Origin: an uncultured Coriobacteriaceae bacterium
GTDB taxonomy: Bacteria > Actinomycetota > Coriobacteriia > Coriobacteriales > UMGS124
Length of the DNA: 39,360 bases
Direction of reading: 5' to 3'
Assembly (NCBI GenBank): GCA_964390275.1
Contig: CAYMHQ010000003.1
Span: forward strand, 1 to 39,360
Positions 27,605 through 37,740 of the stretch are shown piece by piece (position 1 is the stretch's first letter; every line of letters starts with the position of its first letter). The translations under genes were made by a program, and so were the position numbers. The notes under the pieces were generated by a model that worked only from the letters and a program-made list of their open reading frames with translations, ran no database searches and was not told the DNA's origin.

Positions 27605-28507
27605 ATGTCTAATTCCACCATGAGTCGCCGCACCTTCGCCGCCGCCCTCGGACTTGCCTCCGTCGCCGGCCTCGGCCTGCTTTCTGGCTGCGGCTCGAGC
27701 ACCGAGACCACCGAGGAGACCGCGGAGGAGGCCGCCGGCACCGAGACCGCGGAGACCGAGACCGCCGAGGGCGACGGCGCCGCTGAGGAGACCGCCGAGA
27801 CCGAGGCCTCCGAGGACGAGCCCGTCCTCATCGAGGAGGGCAAGGTCATCGTCGGCTCCGACTGCGACTACCCGCCCTTCACCACGCTCGACGGCGACCA
27901 GGCCTCCGGCTTCGAGTACGACATCATGTGCGCCGTCTGCGACGAGATCGGCCTCGAGTGCGAGTATCACACGCCGCTCAAGTTCGACACCCTGGTCGCG
28001 GCCGTCGCGGCGGGCGGCACCATCGACGTCGCCGTCTCCGCGATCACCATCACCGAGGAGCGCAAGGAGGAGGTCGACTTCACCGACCCGTACTTCGACT
28101 CGAACCAGTCGGTGACCGTCCTCAAGGACTCCGGCTACACCAGCTCGGCCGACCTCAAGGGCAAGAACATCGCCGTCCAGTCGGGCACCACGGGCGAGGC
28201 GTGGGCCAAGGAGAACATCGCCGACGCCACCGTCACCGCGTTCGACGAGGCCCCGGCCGCGTTCGCCGCGCTTCAGGCCAACAAGGCCGACGCGGTCATC
28301 GTCGACCTCCCCGTCGCCGTCGAGATGCTCAACGGCTCCTACGACTCCTGCACCATCATCGAGGAGGTCGCGACGGGCGAGCAGTACGGCATCGCGGTCG
28401 CCAAGACGAACCCCGGCCTCACCAAGCTGCTCAACCAGGGCCTCTCCGCCATCCGTGAGAGCGGCAAGTACCAGGAGATCTACGACAACTACTTCTCGGT
28501 GAAGTAA
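27605..28507 (+). CDS. Polar amino-acid ABC transporter substrate-binding lipoprotein, paralog 2
   Basis: MSRRTF Tat-like motif and lipobox LSGC (Cys codon 27689-27691), followed by a Thr/Glu/Ala linker. The family-3 SBP core is collinear with paralog 1, with identical stretches such as GSDCDYPPF and [22 protein letters not shown] 27605 lies downstream of AGGAGGA. Confidence 0.85.
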   Translation: MSNSTMSRRTFAAALGLASVAGLGLLSGCGSSTETTEETAEEAAGTETAETETAEGDGAAEETAETEASEDEPVLIEEGKVIVGSDCDYPPFTTLDGDQASGFEYDIMCAVCDEIGLECEYHTPLKFDTLVAAVAAGGTIDVAVSAITITEERKEEVDFTDPYFDSNQSVTVLKDSGYTSSADLKGKNIAVQSGTTGEAWAKENIADATVTAFDEAPAAFAALQANKADAVIVDLPVAVEMLNGSYDSCTIIEEVATGEQYGIAVAKTNPGLTKLLNQGLSAIRESGKYQEIYDNYFSVK

Positions 28508-28541
28508 GTTTTCGCATTCCATCCAGCACATTCGATTCATC

Positions 28542-28576
28542 CGGCCGCCGGCGTGCGTCCTTGGCGTCGGCGGCCG
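28542..28576 (+). other. GC-rich intercistronic hairpin between the binding-protein gene and the permease gene
   Basis: CGGCCGCCGGCG (28542-28553) pairs with CGTCGGCGGCCG (28565-28576): 12 bp including one G-U, with an 11-nt loop. No T-tract follows. Confidence 0.5.
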
Positions 28577-28603
28577 CTTACGGTAGCGAGAGAGGGTTCC
28601 TCC

Positions 28604-30046
28604 ATGGAACGAAGCCATACCGTCGCGGCGCGACTGACAGCGAGAGGCGGCGAGCTGCCCCGGGTTCTCCTGGCGCTCCTCGCGGCGGTGCTCTGCCTGT
28701 GCCTGTGCATGGGCGCCGGCACCGCCCAGGCGCTCACCACCGACAAGCTTACCGCCAAGCCCTCCAACGCCAAGCAGGACAGCGTCCTCGCCGGCGTGGC
28801 CACGCGCTTCACCTACAACGGCACGGTGGGCGAGGGCGAGACCGTCTCATCGGTCACGTTCACGTTCCCCGAGGGCACCTCAGTCTCCGAGGACTCCCAG
28901 GTCAAAGCCGTCGTCCTCGACGGGCTCGAGCGCCTCTCCGAGTACACGAGCACCTACACGATCACCGACGAGGGCGCCACGGTCACCTTCGACACCCCCG
29001 TCGCGGAGGGGCTCCAGCTCCAGATCCAGATGTACAAGGTCACGCCGCCCAACCGTTCGATGGATTACGCGATGGGCGTGAGCTACACCACGGGCGACGG
29101 CAAGACGGTCGAGGTGGGGGAGACGCCCTCGGTTTCCATCGTCGAGCAGACCCTCGCCGAGGACATCGTCGACATGCTCGACCAGCAGGCGTGGGTCGAG
29201 GCGTGGAACTCGGTCACCTTCCTGCGGCTCTTCCTCAACCCGCAGATCGCCGTGCAGTCCGTGCCCGTCATCTTCATCGGGTGGGCCCGCTCGCTCGGCC
29301 TCGTCTGCATCGGCTTCCCGCTCGCCATCCCGCTCGGCTTCTGCCTCTCGTTCATGAGGATGAGCCGCTTCCGCATCCTGCGCGGCATCGGCAGCCTCTA
29401 CGTGAACGTGGTCCGCGGCACGCCTCTGTTCCTGCAGCTCTACATCTACTTCTTCGGCCTCTCGACCCTGGGCATCAACATCGACAGCTTCGTGCTCGGC
29501 TTCCTCGCCCTCGCGCTCAACTCGAGCGCCTACCTCTGCGAGATCTTCCGCGCCGGCATCCAGTCGATCCCCAAGGGGCAGTTCGAGGCCGCGCGCTCGC
29601 TCGGCATGACGGGCACGCAGACCATGTTCTCGGTCATCATCCCGCAGTCGATCCGCCGCGTCATCCCCACGGCGACGAGCGAGTTCATCCTGCTCTACAA
29701 GGACACGTCGCTGCTCGCCTCGGTCGGCGTGATGGAGCTCATGATGTTCTCCAAGACGCTCACCTCCACCACGGGCAACATGACCCCCTACATCGTGTGC
29801 GCGTGCTACTACCTCATCATCACGATTCCGCTCACCAAGCTGATCGGGTCCTTCGAGCGCAAGCTCGCCTCGCAGGACGGGGCGCGCCCGGCCGACGACT
29901 CCGGCGACAACCGCCAGCGCCAGCACAAGACGGTGGGCCTCGAGGTCGCGGCGGCCCAGACGGGCGACGTGACGCCCATCGTCATCCAGAACACGACCGA
30001 CGAGAAGATCGAGCAGGAGGCTATGCTCAAGAGGGGTGGTTGCTGA
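28604..30046 (+). CDS. Amino-acid ABC transporter permease (His/Glu/Gln/Arg/opine family) with an extra N-terminal extracytoplasmic domain
   Basis: The C-terminal half is a standard PAAT permease ([20 protein letters not shown] loop [21 protein letters not shown]). The first ~200 aa are a signal peptide ([22 protein letters not shown]) plus a Thr/Val/Ser-rich, beta-strand-like domain. ATG 28604 follows GAGAGAGGG. Confidence 0.85.
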   Translation: MERSHTVAARLTARGGELPRVLLALLAAVLCLCLCMGAGTAQALTTDKLTAKPSNAKQDSVLAGVATRFTYNGTVGEGETVSSVTFTFPEGTSVSEDSQVKAVVLDGLERLSEYTSTYTITDEGATVTFDTPVAEGLQLQIQMYKVTPPNRSMDYAMGVSYTTGDGKTVEVGETPSVSIVEQTLAEDIVDMLDQQAWVEAWNSVTFLRLFLNPQIAVQSVPVIFIGWARSLGLVCIGFPLAIPLGFCLSFMRMSRFRILRGIGSLYVNVVRGTPLFLQLYIYFFGLSTLGINIDSFVLGFLALALNSSAYLCEIFRAGIQSIPKGQFEAARSLGMTGTQTMFSVIIPQSIRRVIPTATSEFILLYKDTSLLASVGVMELMMFSKTLTSTTGNMTPYIVCACYYLIITIPLTKLIGSFERKLASQDGARPADDSGDNRQRQHKTVGLEVAAAQTGDVTPIVIQNTTDEKIEQEAMLKRGGC

Positions 30047-30792
30047 TGGCTCGCGAGGACGCCGAGACCGTCGTCCGCATCGAGGGTCTCAAGAAAAGCT
30101 ACGGCAAGCTCGACGTGCTCAAGGGCATCGACCTTGACGTCAAGCGCGGCGAGGTCGTCGTGGTCCTGGGCCCCTCGGGCTCGGGCAAGTCGACGATGCT
30201 CAGGTGCGTGAACCTGCTCGAGACGCCCACCGAGGGCCATATTTGGTTCGAGGACACCGAGATCACGTCGCCCAAGACGAACATCAACAAGGTGCGCGAG
30301 CACGTCGGTATGGTTTTTCAGTCGTTCAACCTGTTCCCGCACCTCACCGCCAAAAAGAATGTCATGCTAGCGCAGCGCAAAGTTCTGAAGCGTTCCAAGG
30401 AGGACGCGGAGCAGCGCGCAATCGTCGAGCTTTCGAGAGTTGGTCTCGCCGACCGTGCCGACTACCTGCCTTCGCAGCTGTCCGGCGGTCAGCAGCAGCG
30501 TGTCGCGATCGCCAGGGCGCTCGCCATGGAGCCGCACGTCATGCTGTTCGACGAGGCCACGAGCGCGCTCGACCCCGAGCTGGTGCGCGGCGTGCTCGAC
30601 GTCATGCGTGAGCTCGCCCAGGGCGGTATGACGATGATCGTGGTGACGCACGAGATGGGGTTCGCCCGCGACGTCGCCGACAGGGTTGTGTTCATGGACG
30701 GGGGAGTCATCGTGGAGCAGGGTTCTCCTAAGGACGTTTTCGACCATCCGAAGTCGGAGCGTACGAAAGACTTTCTCGGGCACATCAGTTAA
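30046..30792 (+). CDS. Amino-acid ABC transporter ATP-binding protein
   Basis: Walker [10 protein letters not shown], signature LSGGQQQR and Walker [13 protein letters not shown]. The ATG overlaps the permease TGA by 1 nt. This gene is the 3' part of the long track ORF 28561-30792. Confidence 0.9.
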   Translation: MAREDAETVVRIEGLKKSYGKLDVLKGIDLDVKRGEVVVVLGPSGSGKSTMLRCVNLLETPTEGHIWFEDTEITSPKTNINKVREHVGMVFQSFNLFPHLTAKKNVMLAQRKVLKRSKEDAEQRAIVELSRVGLADRADYLPSQLSGGQQQRVAIARALAMEPHVMLFDEATSALDPELVRGVLDVMRELAQGGMTMIVVTHEMGFARDVADRVVFMDGGVIVEQGSPKDVFDHPKSERTKDFLGHIS

Positions 30793-30798
30793 TTTTCG

Positions 30799-30832
30799 CG
30801 CTCGTGGCCGCACAGGCCGCGAGCGTTTTTTT
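30799..30832 (+). terminator. Rho-independent terminator after the ABC operon
   Basis: CGCTCGTGGCC (30799-30809) pairs with GGCCGCGAGCG (30815-30825) across a 5-nt loop. TTTTTTT follows. Confidence 0.8.
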
Positions 30833-30925
30833 ATGAAGGGCCGTTTCGAGCTGGTTCGGGGGTTACCCGTCCGAGGTCCCGCATAGGGTGGGTCTCGGAT
30901 GTAACAAGAAAGGGGTTCGAGCACT

Positions 30926-32251
30926 ATGTCGTTTGGTTGGAAACTGCACGGAGACGGGAAGCACCTCAATCCCGGAGAGGTGGTCGAGCCTGATGAGCGG
31001 CTCACCTGGGGCCGCACGGCGGGCATCGGCGCGCAGCACGTCATCGCCATGTTCGGGGCCACGTTCCTCGTCCCGATCCTGACGGGCTTCGACCCCGCCC
31101 TCACGCTGTTCTTCACTGCGGTCTCCACCGCCCTGTTCCTGCTCATCAACAACAACAAGCTGCCGAGCTACCTCGGCTCCTCCTTCGGCTTCATCGCGCC
31201 GGTCACGGCTGTCACCGCGGCGAGCGGCGACATGGCGGTCGCGAGTTTCGGCATCCTGTGCGCCGGTCTCACGCTCGCCATCGTGGGCCTCGTCGTGCAC
31301 TTCGCCGGCCCCAAGTGGATCGACATCGTCATGCCCCCCGTCGTGACGGGCACGATCGTCGCCATCATCGGCTTCAACCTCGCCTCCTCGGCGTGGAACA
31401 ACTTCCAGTCGGCGCCGATCACCGCCTGCGTCACGCTCGTCGCGGTCGTGCTCGTCGGCGTGCTCTTCAAGGGCCTCATCGGGCGTCTCAACATCCTCAT
31501 CGGCGTGATCATCGGCTACCTGTTCTCCGCCTTCGTGATGGGCGAGGTCGACTTCACCGCCATCGAGGAGGCCGCCTGGTTCGGTCTGCCCAGCTTCCGC
31601 ACGCCCGTCGTCGACTTCTCGATCCTGGCGATGTTCATCCCGGTCGTGCTCGTTCTCGTCGCTGAGAACGTCGGCCACGTCAAGTCCGTCTCCACGATGA
31701 CCGGCCGCAACTATGACGACCGCATCGGCCGCTCCCTCTTCGCCGACGGTATCGGCACCGTCCTCGCGGGCTTCGGCGGCGGCTGCGGCACGACCACCTA
31801 CGCTGAGAACATCGGCGTCATGGCGTCGACCCGCATCTACTCGACCGCCGCGTACTGGTGCGCAGCCGCCTTCGCGCTGCTGCTCTCGCTCTGCCCCAAG
31901 TTCGGCGCCCTCATCAACACGATCCCCTCGGGCGTCCTCGGCGGCGTGACCACGCTGCTCTACGGTATGATCGGCATGCTCGGCATCCGCATCTGGGTCG
32001 AGAACCACGTCGACTTCTCCGACAACGTGAACCTCTCGACCGCGGCCATCCCCATGATCGTGGGCATCGCCGACTACACCTTCATCGCCGGCGGCGTCAC
32101 CTTCAACGGCATCGCGATCGGCTCGATCATCTGCCTTGTGCTCTATCACGGCCTCAAGGCCCTCAGCAAGAAGTTCGGCACCGCCTTCGCGGCCGCGCCC
32201 GCCCAGGCCGAGGACGGCGCCGCTCCCGAGCCCGCTAAGGCCGAGGAGTAG
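30926..32251 (+). CDS. uraA: NCS2-family nucleobase permease, uracil-permease-like
   Basis: GAQHVIAMFGATFLVPILTG and KLPSYLGSSFGFIAP closely parallel my memory of E. coli UraA (QHLFAMFGATVLVP, KIPAYLGSSFAFISP). The protein has multiple TM helices. Substrate is inferred only. Confidence 0.75.
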   Translation: MSFGWKLHGDGKHLNPGEVVEPDERLTWGRTAGIGAQHVIAMFGATFLVPILTGFDPALTLFFTAVSTALFLLINNNKLPSYLGSSFGFIAPVTAVTAASGDMAVASFGILCAGLTLAIVGLVVHFAGPKWIDIVMPPVVTGTIVAIIGFNLASSAWNNFQSAPITACVTLVAVVLVGVLFKGLIGRLNILIGVIIGYLFSAFVMGEVDFTAIEEAAWFGLPSFRTPVVDFSILAMFIPVVLVLVAENVGHVKSVSTMTGRNYDDRIGRSLFADGIGTVLAGFGGGCGTTTYAENIGVMASTRIYSTAAYWCAAAFALLLSLCPKFGALINTIPSGVLGGVTTLLYGMIGMLGIRIWVENHVDFSDNVNLSTAAIPMIVGIADYTFIAGGVTFNGIAIGSIICLVLYHGLKALSKKFGTAFAAAPAQAEDGAAPEPAKAEE

Positions 32252-32321
32252 GTTTGGCTATAGCTTGGTAGGGGAGCGCCCTTGGCTCGCCCCTCCGGCC
32301 TCTGATCACTTTGCTTTCGCC

Positions 32322-32381
32322 CGCTGCGGCGTTCCTCCCTGGTCTCTGTTGGACTTGTGGAGGAACGCCGCAGCGCGTTTT
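32322..32381 (+). terminator. Long-stem hairpin after the permease gene
   Basis: A perfect 17-bp stem: CGCTGCGGCGTTCCTCC (32322-32338) pairs with GGAGGAACGCCGCAGCG (32359-32375). The loop is 20 nt and CGTTTTC follows. Confidence 0.55.
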
Positions 32382-32397
32382 CTGGCCAAAATAGTGC

Positions 32398-32426
32398 TTG
32401 CATTTGGTTTAGGCCTCGGCTAAGAT
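32398..32426 (+). promoter_or_regulatory. Candidate promoter for the tRNA-Ala/tRNA-Val pair
   Basis: TTGCAT (32398-32403), a 17-nt spacer, then TAAGAT (32421-32426), about 20 nt upstream of the tRNA. Confidence 0.5.
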
Positions 32427-32446
32427 AACCAACGCACTGTGAGCAC

Positions 32447-32522
32447 GGGGGTATAGCTCAGTTGGGAGAGCGCTTGACTGGCAGTCAAGAGGTCAGGGGT
32501 TCGAATCCCCTTATCTCCACCA
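32447..32522 (+). tRNA. tRNA-Ala (anticodon GGC), copy 1
   Basis: 76-nt cloverleaf folded by hand. It has the G3:U70 alanine identity pair, anticodon loop CTGGCAG, T-loop TTCGAAT and an encoded CCA. Confidence 0.95.
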
Positions 32523-32531
32523 TCACAGTAC

Positions 32532-32606
32532 GGGCGATTGGCTCAGGGGCAGAGCACATCCTTCACACGGATGGGGTCGCTGGTTCAAATCCAGCATCGC
32601 CCACCA
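32532..32606 (+). tRNA. tRNA-Val (anticodon CAC)
   Basis: 75-nt cloverleaf with acceptor GGGCGAT/ATCGCCC, anticodon loop TTCACAC, T-loop TTCAAAT and an encoded CCA. Confidence 0.95.
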
Positions 32607-32618
32607 TTTGATTTCAGG

Positions 32619-32649
32619 TCGGGGGCCGAAAGGCCCCCGATTTCGTTTT
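32619..32649 (+). terminator. Rho-independent terminator after tRNA-Val
   Basis: TCGGGGGCC pairs with GGCCCCCGA across a GAAA tetraloop. TTTCGTTTT follows. Confidence 0.8.
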
Positions 32650-32785
32650 AGGACTAGTTTGGGATTGCTCTGCATCGCCGGTATCACTGCGGTGGCCCGA
32701 TCTGGATTCCCGAAGCGGATTCCATGGCGATATTTGAACGAATGATGAATTGCGAGCCGGTTTGCAACATTCGCTCGATTTCGCT

Positions 32786-32813
32786 TTGCATCGTCGGAAT
32801 CAAGTGCTATATT
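32786..32813 (+). promoter_or_regulatory. Candidate promoter for the second tRNA-Ala
   Basis: TTGCAT (32786-32791), a 16-nt spacer, then TATATT (32808-32813). It lies in a locally AT-richer spacer, about 18 nt upstream of the tRNA. Confidence 0.5.
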
Positions 32814-32830
32814 AACAAAAGTGTTCTTGC

Positions 32831-32906
32831 GGGGGTATAGCTCAGTTGGGAGAGCGCTTGACTGGCAGTCAAGAGGTCAGGGGTTCGAATCCCCTTATCT
32901 CCACCA
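32831..32906 (+). tRNA. tRNA-Ala (anticodon GGC), copy 2
   Basis: Identical over all 76 nt to copy 1 at 32447-32522. Confidence 0.95.
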
Positions 32907-32918
32907 TCGCAAATGAGG

Positions 32919-32947
32919 GCCGGGGGCGTTTCGCCTCCGGCTTTTTT
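32919..32947 (+). terminator. Rho-independent terminator after tRNA-Ala copy 2
   Basis: GCCGGGGGCG (32919-32928) pairs with CGCCTCCGGC (32932-32941), with one G-U pair. TTTTTT follows. Confidence 0.7.
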
Positions 32948-32991
32948 CGTTCATGCCCCCGTTCACGCCATCCACGGGAAGGAGCGCCGCA

Positions 32992-33801
32992 ATGTCAACC
33001 AGCGAAGACGGCACCCTCATGATCTTCGGCATGGACTGGGAGATCTTCCTCATCAAGGCGTTCTTCTTCTGCGCCGTCGTGGTCGTTGCTTTCGTCGTGC
33101 AGCATCTCGGCGTCAAGGCGCTCAAGAAGGTGCTTGACTCGTTCGAACGCGCACCCTCGGCCACGATATTCATCAACGGACTCAGGATTACCATCTGGGT
33201 CGTCGCACTTCTCGTCGTCCTCGAGCCGGTTTTCGGCGTGCGGCCCACCGCGTTCCTCACCGCCCTCGGCGTCTCATCGATCGTCATCTCACTCGGCCTC
33301 AAGGACACGATCTCGAACATCTTCGGCGGCCTCATGCTCATGATCGGCCGCGTCGTGCGCCCGGGCGACTATGTGACCGTCGCGGGAATCAAGGGCACCG
33401 TTGTCGACGTGACCATGCGCCACACCGTGGTCGAGAACCGCCTCGACGAGCGCATCGTCATCCCCAACTCCGTGCTCAACACCACCTCCGTCGAGGTGCT
33501 TCCGGCCTCGAGCGAGTCGATGGGGACCATCGAGTTCACCATGGAGCTGGGGAGCGACCCCGACGCCGTCGCCGCCGACATCATCTCCGAGGTCACGAGG
33601 GCCGGCGGGGACGACCTGCGCCCCGACATGCCGCCCAAGGTCTTCTTCGACAGCATCACCCCGTACGGCGTGAAGGGTCAGATCTACTACTACGTGAACG
33701 AGGGTATCCCTTTCGCGCGCGTCCGCGATCGCATGGTCCGCTCCATCGCCGAGAAGGAATACTTCTCGCTCAAGGGCGCCCGCGCTCTCTCTGAGGAGTA
33801 G
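32992..33801 (+). CDS. Small-conductance mechanosensitive channel (MscS family)
   Basis: Three N-terminal TM helices, then the MscS signature GLKDTISNIFGGLMLMIGRVVRPGDYVTVAGIKGTVVDVTMRHTVV. ATG 32992 follows GGAAGGAG. The track start at 32953 has no RBS. Confidence 0.85.
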   Translation: MSTSEDGTLMIFGMDWEIFLIKAFFFCAVVVVAFVVQHLGVKALKKVLDSFERAPSATIFINGLRITIWVVALLVVLEPVFGVRPTAFLTALGVSSIVISLGLKDTISNIFGGLMLMIGRVVRPGDYVTVAGIKGTVVDVTMRHTVVENRLDERIVIPNSVLNTTSVEVLPASSESMGTIEFTMELGSDPDAVAADIISEVTRAGGDDLRPDMPPKVFFDSITPYGVKGQIYYYVNEGIPFARVRDRMVRSIAEKEYFSLKGARALSEE

Positions 33802-36093
<2,292 letters not shown>

Positions 36094-36274
36094 GGGAGCG
36101 CCGTCACGCCCGCGCCGCACGCCGCGGTTTTACTGTCGCGTGCGCGCGCCCACGTTTACACCGCTGGTCTTCTGGGGTACGCTACCGGAACATGTCAGTT
36201 CGTAACACGCCCGTTCGGGGCGCGCCGCAGCTCGCGGTCGCGGGCCCGGTGACCTATGAGGAGGCAACAGGCTT

Positions 36275-37564
36275 ATGGCCGACAAGCATCAGGCCGACGT
36301 TGACCGCACCGGTTTGAAGGAAGAGAAGATCCCCGCCAACTTCAAGGGCGAGGGGCACGAGGTCGCCTTCGACATCGAGGGCATCCCCGAGAAGCTCTAC
36401 GTGGGCGACGAGGTCTCCTTCGTCCTGCTCGCCGCGTGCGAGAGCGGCTGCGACCTCGTGGGCGACACCGCGACGCTCTCCACCATCTCCGGCGACGAGG
36501 TCGCGCGCGCACAGTTCGTCATCCAGGACGGCGAGTGCGCCGTGAGCGAGCCCATGACGCTCACGATGCCGATGACCGAGGGCGAGTACGAGTACGTGGT
36601 CCACTACGAGCCGCGCGTGCTGCCGCTCCCCGACGACGGCGGCCCCGCGTTCAAGAACCCGCACGAGGAGCGCGACCTGCTCATCGTCTTCACCGTCGAG
36701 CCGCACCACGTCACGATCTCGACCTGGGGCGTCACCTCGCCCGTGTGGATCGACAAGCCCATCGAGATCTGCGTCGGCGTGAGCTGCTCCAAGGGCTGCG
36801 CGCTCGGCGGCCAGCGCATCGACGTGTTCGACGAGGACGACCGTCTCGTGTGCTCCGGCACCCTGCGCACGCCCGAGGCGCCCCGCACCTCGCTCTGGTG
36901 GGCCAAGCTCACCGCCGTCGCCCCCTCCGAGGCCAAGCTGCACCGCTGGGAGGCCCGCTTCTCTGCCGTGGGCCTCGACTCGCCGCACGAGGACGCCAAG
37001 CACAAGTTCTCGTTCGTGGCGCGCGTTCCCCCCGAGCGCAACTTCAAGATCACCGTCATCGACGACAAGACGGACAAGCCCCAGCGCAGCGCCCGCGTCG
37101 AGATCAAGCCGGCCGACGGCACCGGCAAGGCTCAGTTCGCGAGCACCGGCGCAGAGGGCACCGCGAGCATCGGGTGCGCCAAGGGCAAGTACACCCTCAA
37201 GGTCACCGCTCCCAGCCGCAAGGCCTACAACGAGACCGTCGACCTGACCGAGGGCGACCTCGAGGTCGCGATTCGCGTGCAGCCGAGCGGCGCCGGCTCC
37301 GCCGAGCAGATTCCCATGAAGATCGTCTCCTCTGCGGCCGTTGCTGCCGCCGTCGAGACCGCAGCCGAAGCCGCCCCCGAGGCCGTGGCCGCTCCCGAAC
37401 CCGCTTCCGAGCAGGCCGTCGAGCCTGAGGTGACTCCCGCGCCCGTTGTCGAGCCCGAGGTCGCGGCCGAAACTGAGCCCAAGCCCGCTCCCGCCGCCGC
37501 GCCCGTCCCTGCGGATGACGACGATGACGACGAGGAAGAGGAAGAAGAGGACGACGAGAAGTAA
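36275..37564 (+). CDS. Uncharacterised protein: two CxxGC-containing beta-rich modules, a CarboxypepD_reg-like module, an Ala/Pro/Glu linker and a poly-Asp/Glu tail
   Basis: GAGGAGG RBS before the ATG, and third-position G/C bias like neighbouring genes. No signal peptide or TM helix is visible. The motif is duplicated (AACESGCDLVG at 36436-36450, VSCSKGCALGG at 36785-36799). FKITVIDDKTDKPQ...GKYTLKVTAPSRKAYNETV looks like a prealbumin-type fold. The tail DDDDDDEEEEEEDDEK spans 37514-37561. Confidence 0.75.
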   Translation: MADKHQADVDRTGLKEEKIPANFKGEGHEVAFDIEGIPEKLYVGDEVSFVLLAACESGCDLVGDTATLSTISGDEVARAQFVIQDGECAVSEPMTLTMPMTEGEYEYVVHYEPRVLPLPDDGGPAFKNPHEERDLLIVFTVEPHHVTISTWGVTSPVWIDKPIEICVGVSCSKGCALGGQRIDVFDEDDRLVCSGTLRTPEAPRTSLWWAKLTAVAPSEAKLHRWEARFSAVGLDSPHEDAKHKFSFVARVPPERNFKITVIDDKTDKPQRSARVEIKPADGTGKAQFASTGAEGTASIGCAKGKYTLKVTAPSRKAYNETVDLTEGDLEVAIRVQPSGAGSAEQIPMKIVSSAAVAAAVETAAEAAPEAVAAPEPASEQAVEPEVTPAPVVEPEVAAETEPKPAPAAAPVPADDDDDDEEEEEEDDEK

Positions 37565-37630
37565 CTCGTTCTTCTGACCTTCTGGCCGACTGATTCAACA
37601 GGTTGGCGCGGTACCGCATCCCGTACGCAA

Positions 37631-37678
37631 AAGAACCCCCGTGGAAGGTGCTTCCTCCCACGGGGGTTCTTTGTTTTG
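37631..37678. terminator. Bidirectional terminator between the 429-aa gene and trpS
   Basis: A perfect 14-bp stem: AAGAACCCCCGTGG (37631-37644) pairs with CCACGGGGGTTCTT (37658-37671). It is flanked by an A-run upstream and TGTTTTG downstream, so it can act on both strands. Confidence 0.85.
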
Positions 37679-37740
37679 CTGCGGGGTCTTTTGCTCTTGC
37701 AGCGTTCCGCCGGTTCGACCGGCCCAGCCTGTTCGGCCTG

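Noticed and set aside
30833-30925. Possible PyrR site or purine riboswitch in the leader of the uracil-type permease, given the small hairpin CCGAGG...TCTCGG around 30870-30898.
   Set aside because: I found no match to the PyrR box or to the conserved purine-riboswitch core. The hairpin is short and unremarkable.
32724-32840. A 38-codon Cys-containing ORF (MAIFERMMNCEPVCNIRSISLCIVGIKCYINKSVLAGV) in the spacer between the tRNA units.
   Set aside because: - It has no RBS.
- Its codon usage is AT-rich, unlike every credible gene here.
- It runs through the candidate tRNA promoter and into the tRNA-Ala gene itself.
32447-32906. The identical tRNA-Ala direct repeats as att sites flanking an integrated element.
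   Set aside because: Only 308 bp lie between the copies. That stretch holds a tRNA-Val, a terminator and a promoter-like spacer. No integrase, excisionase or cargo is present.
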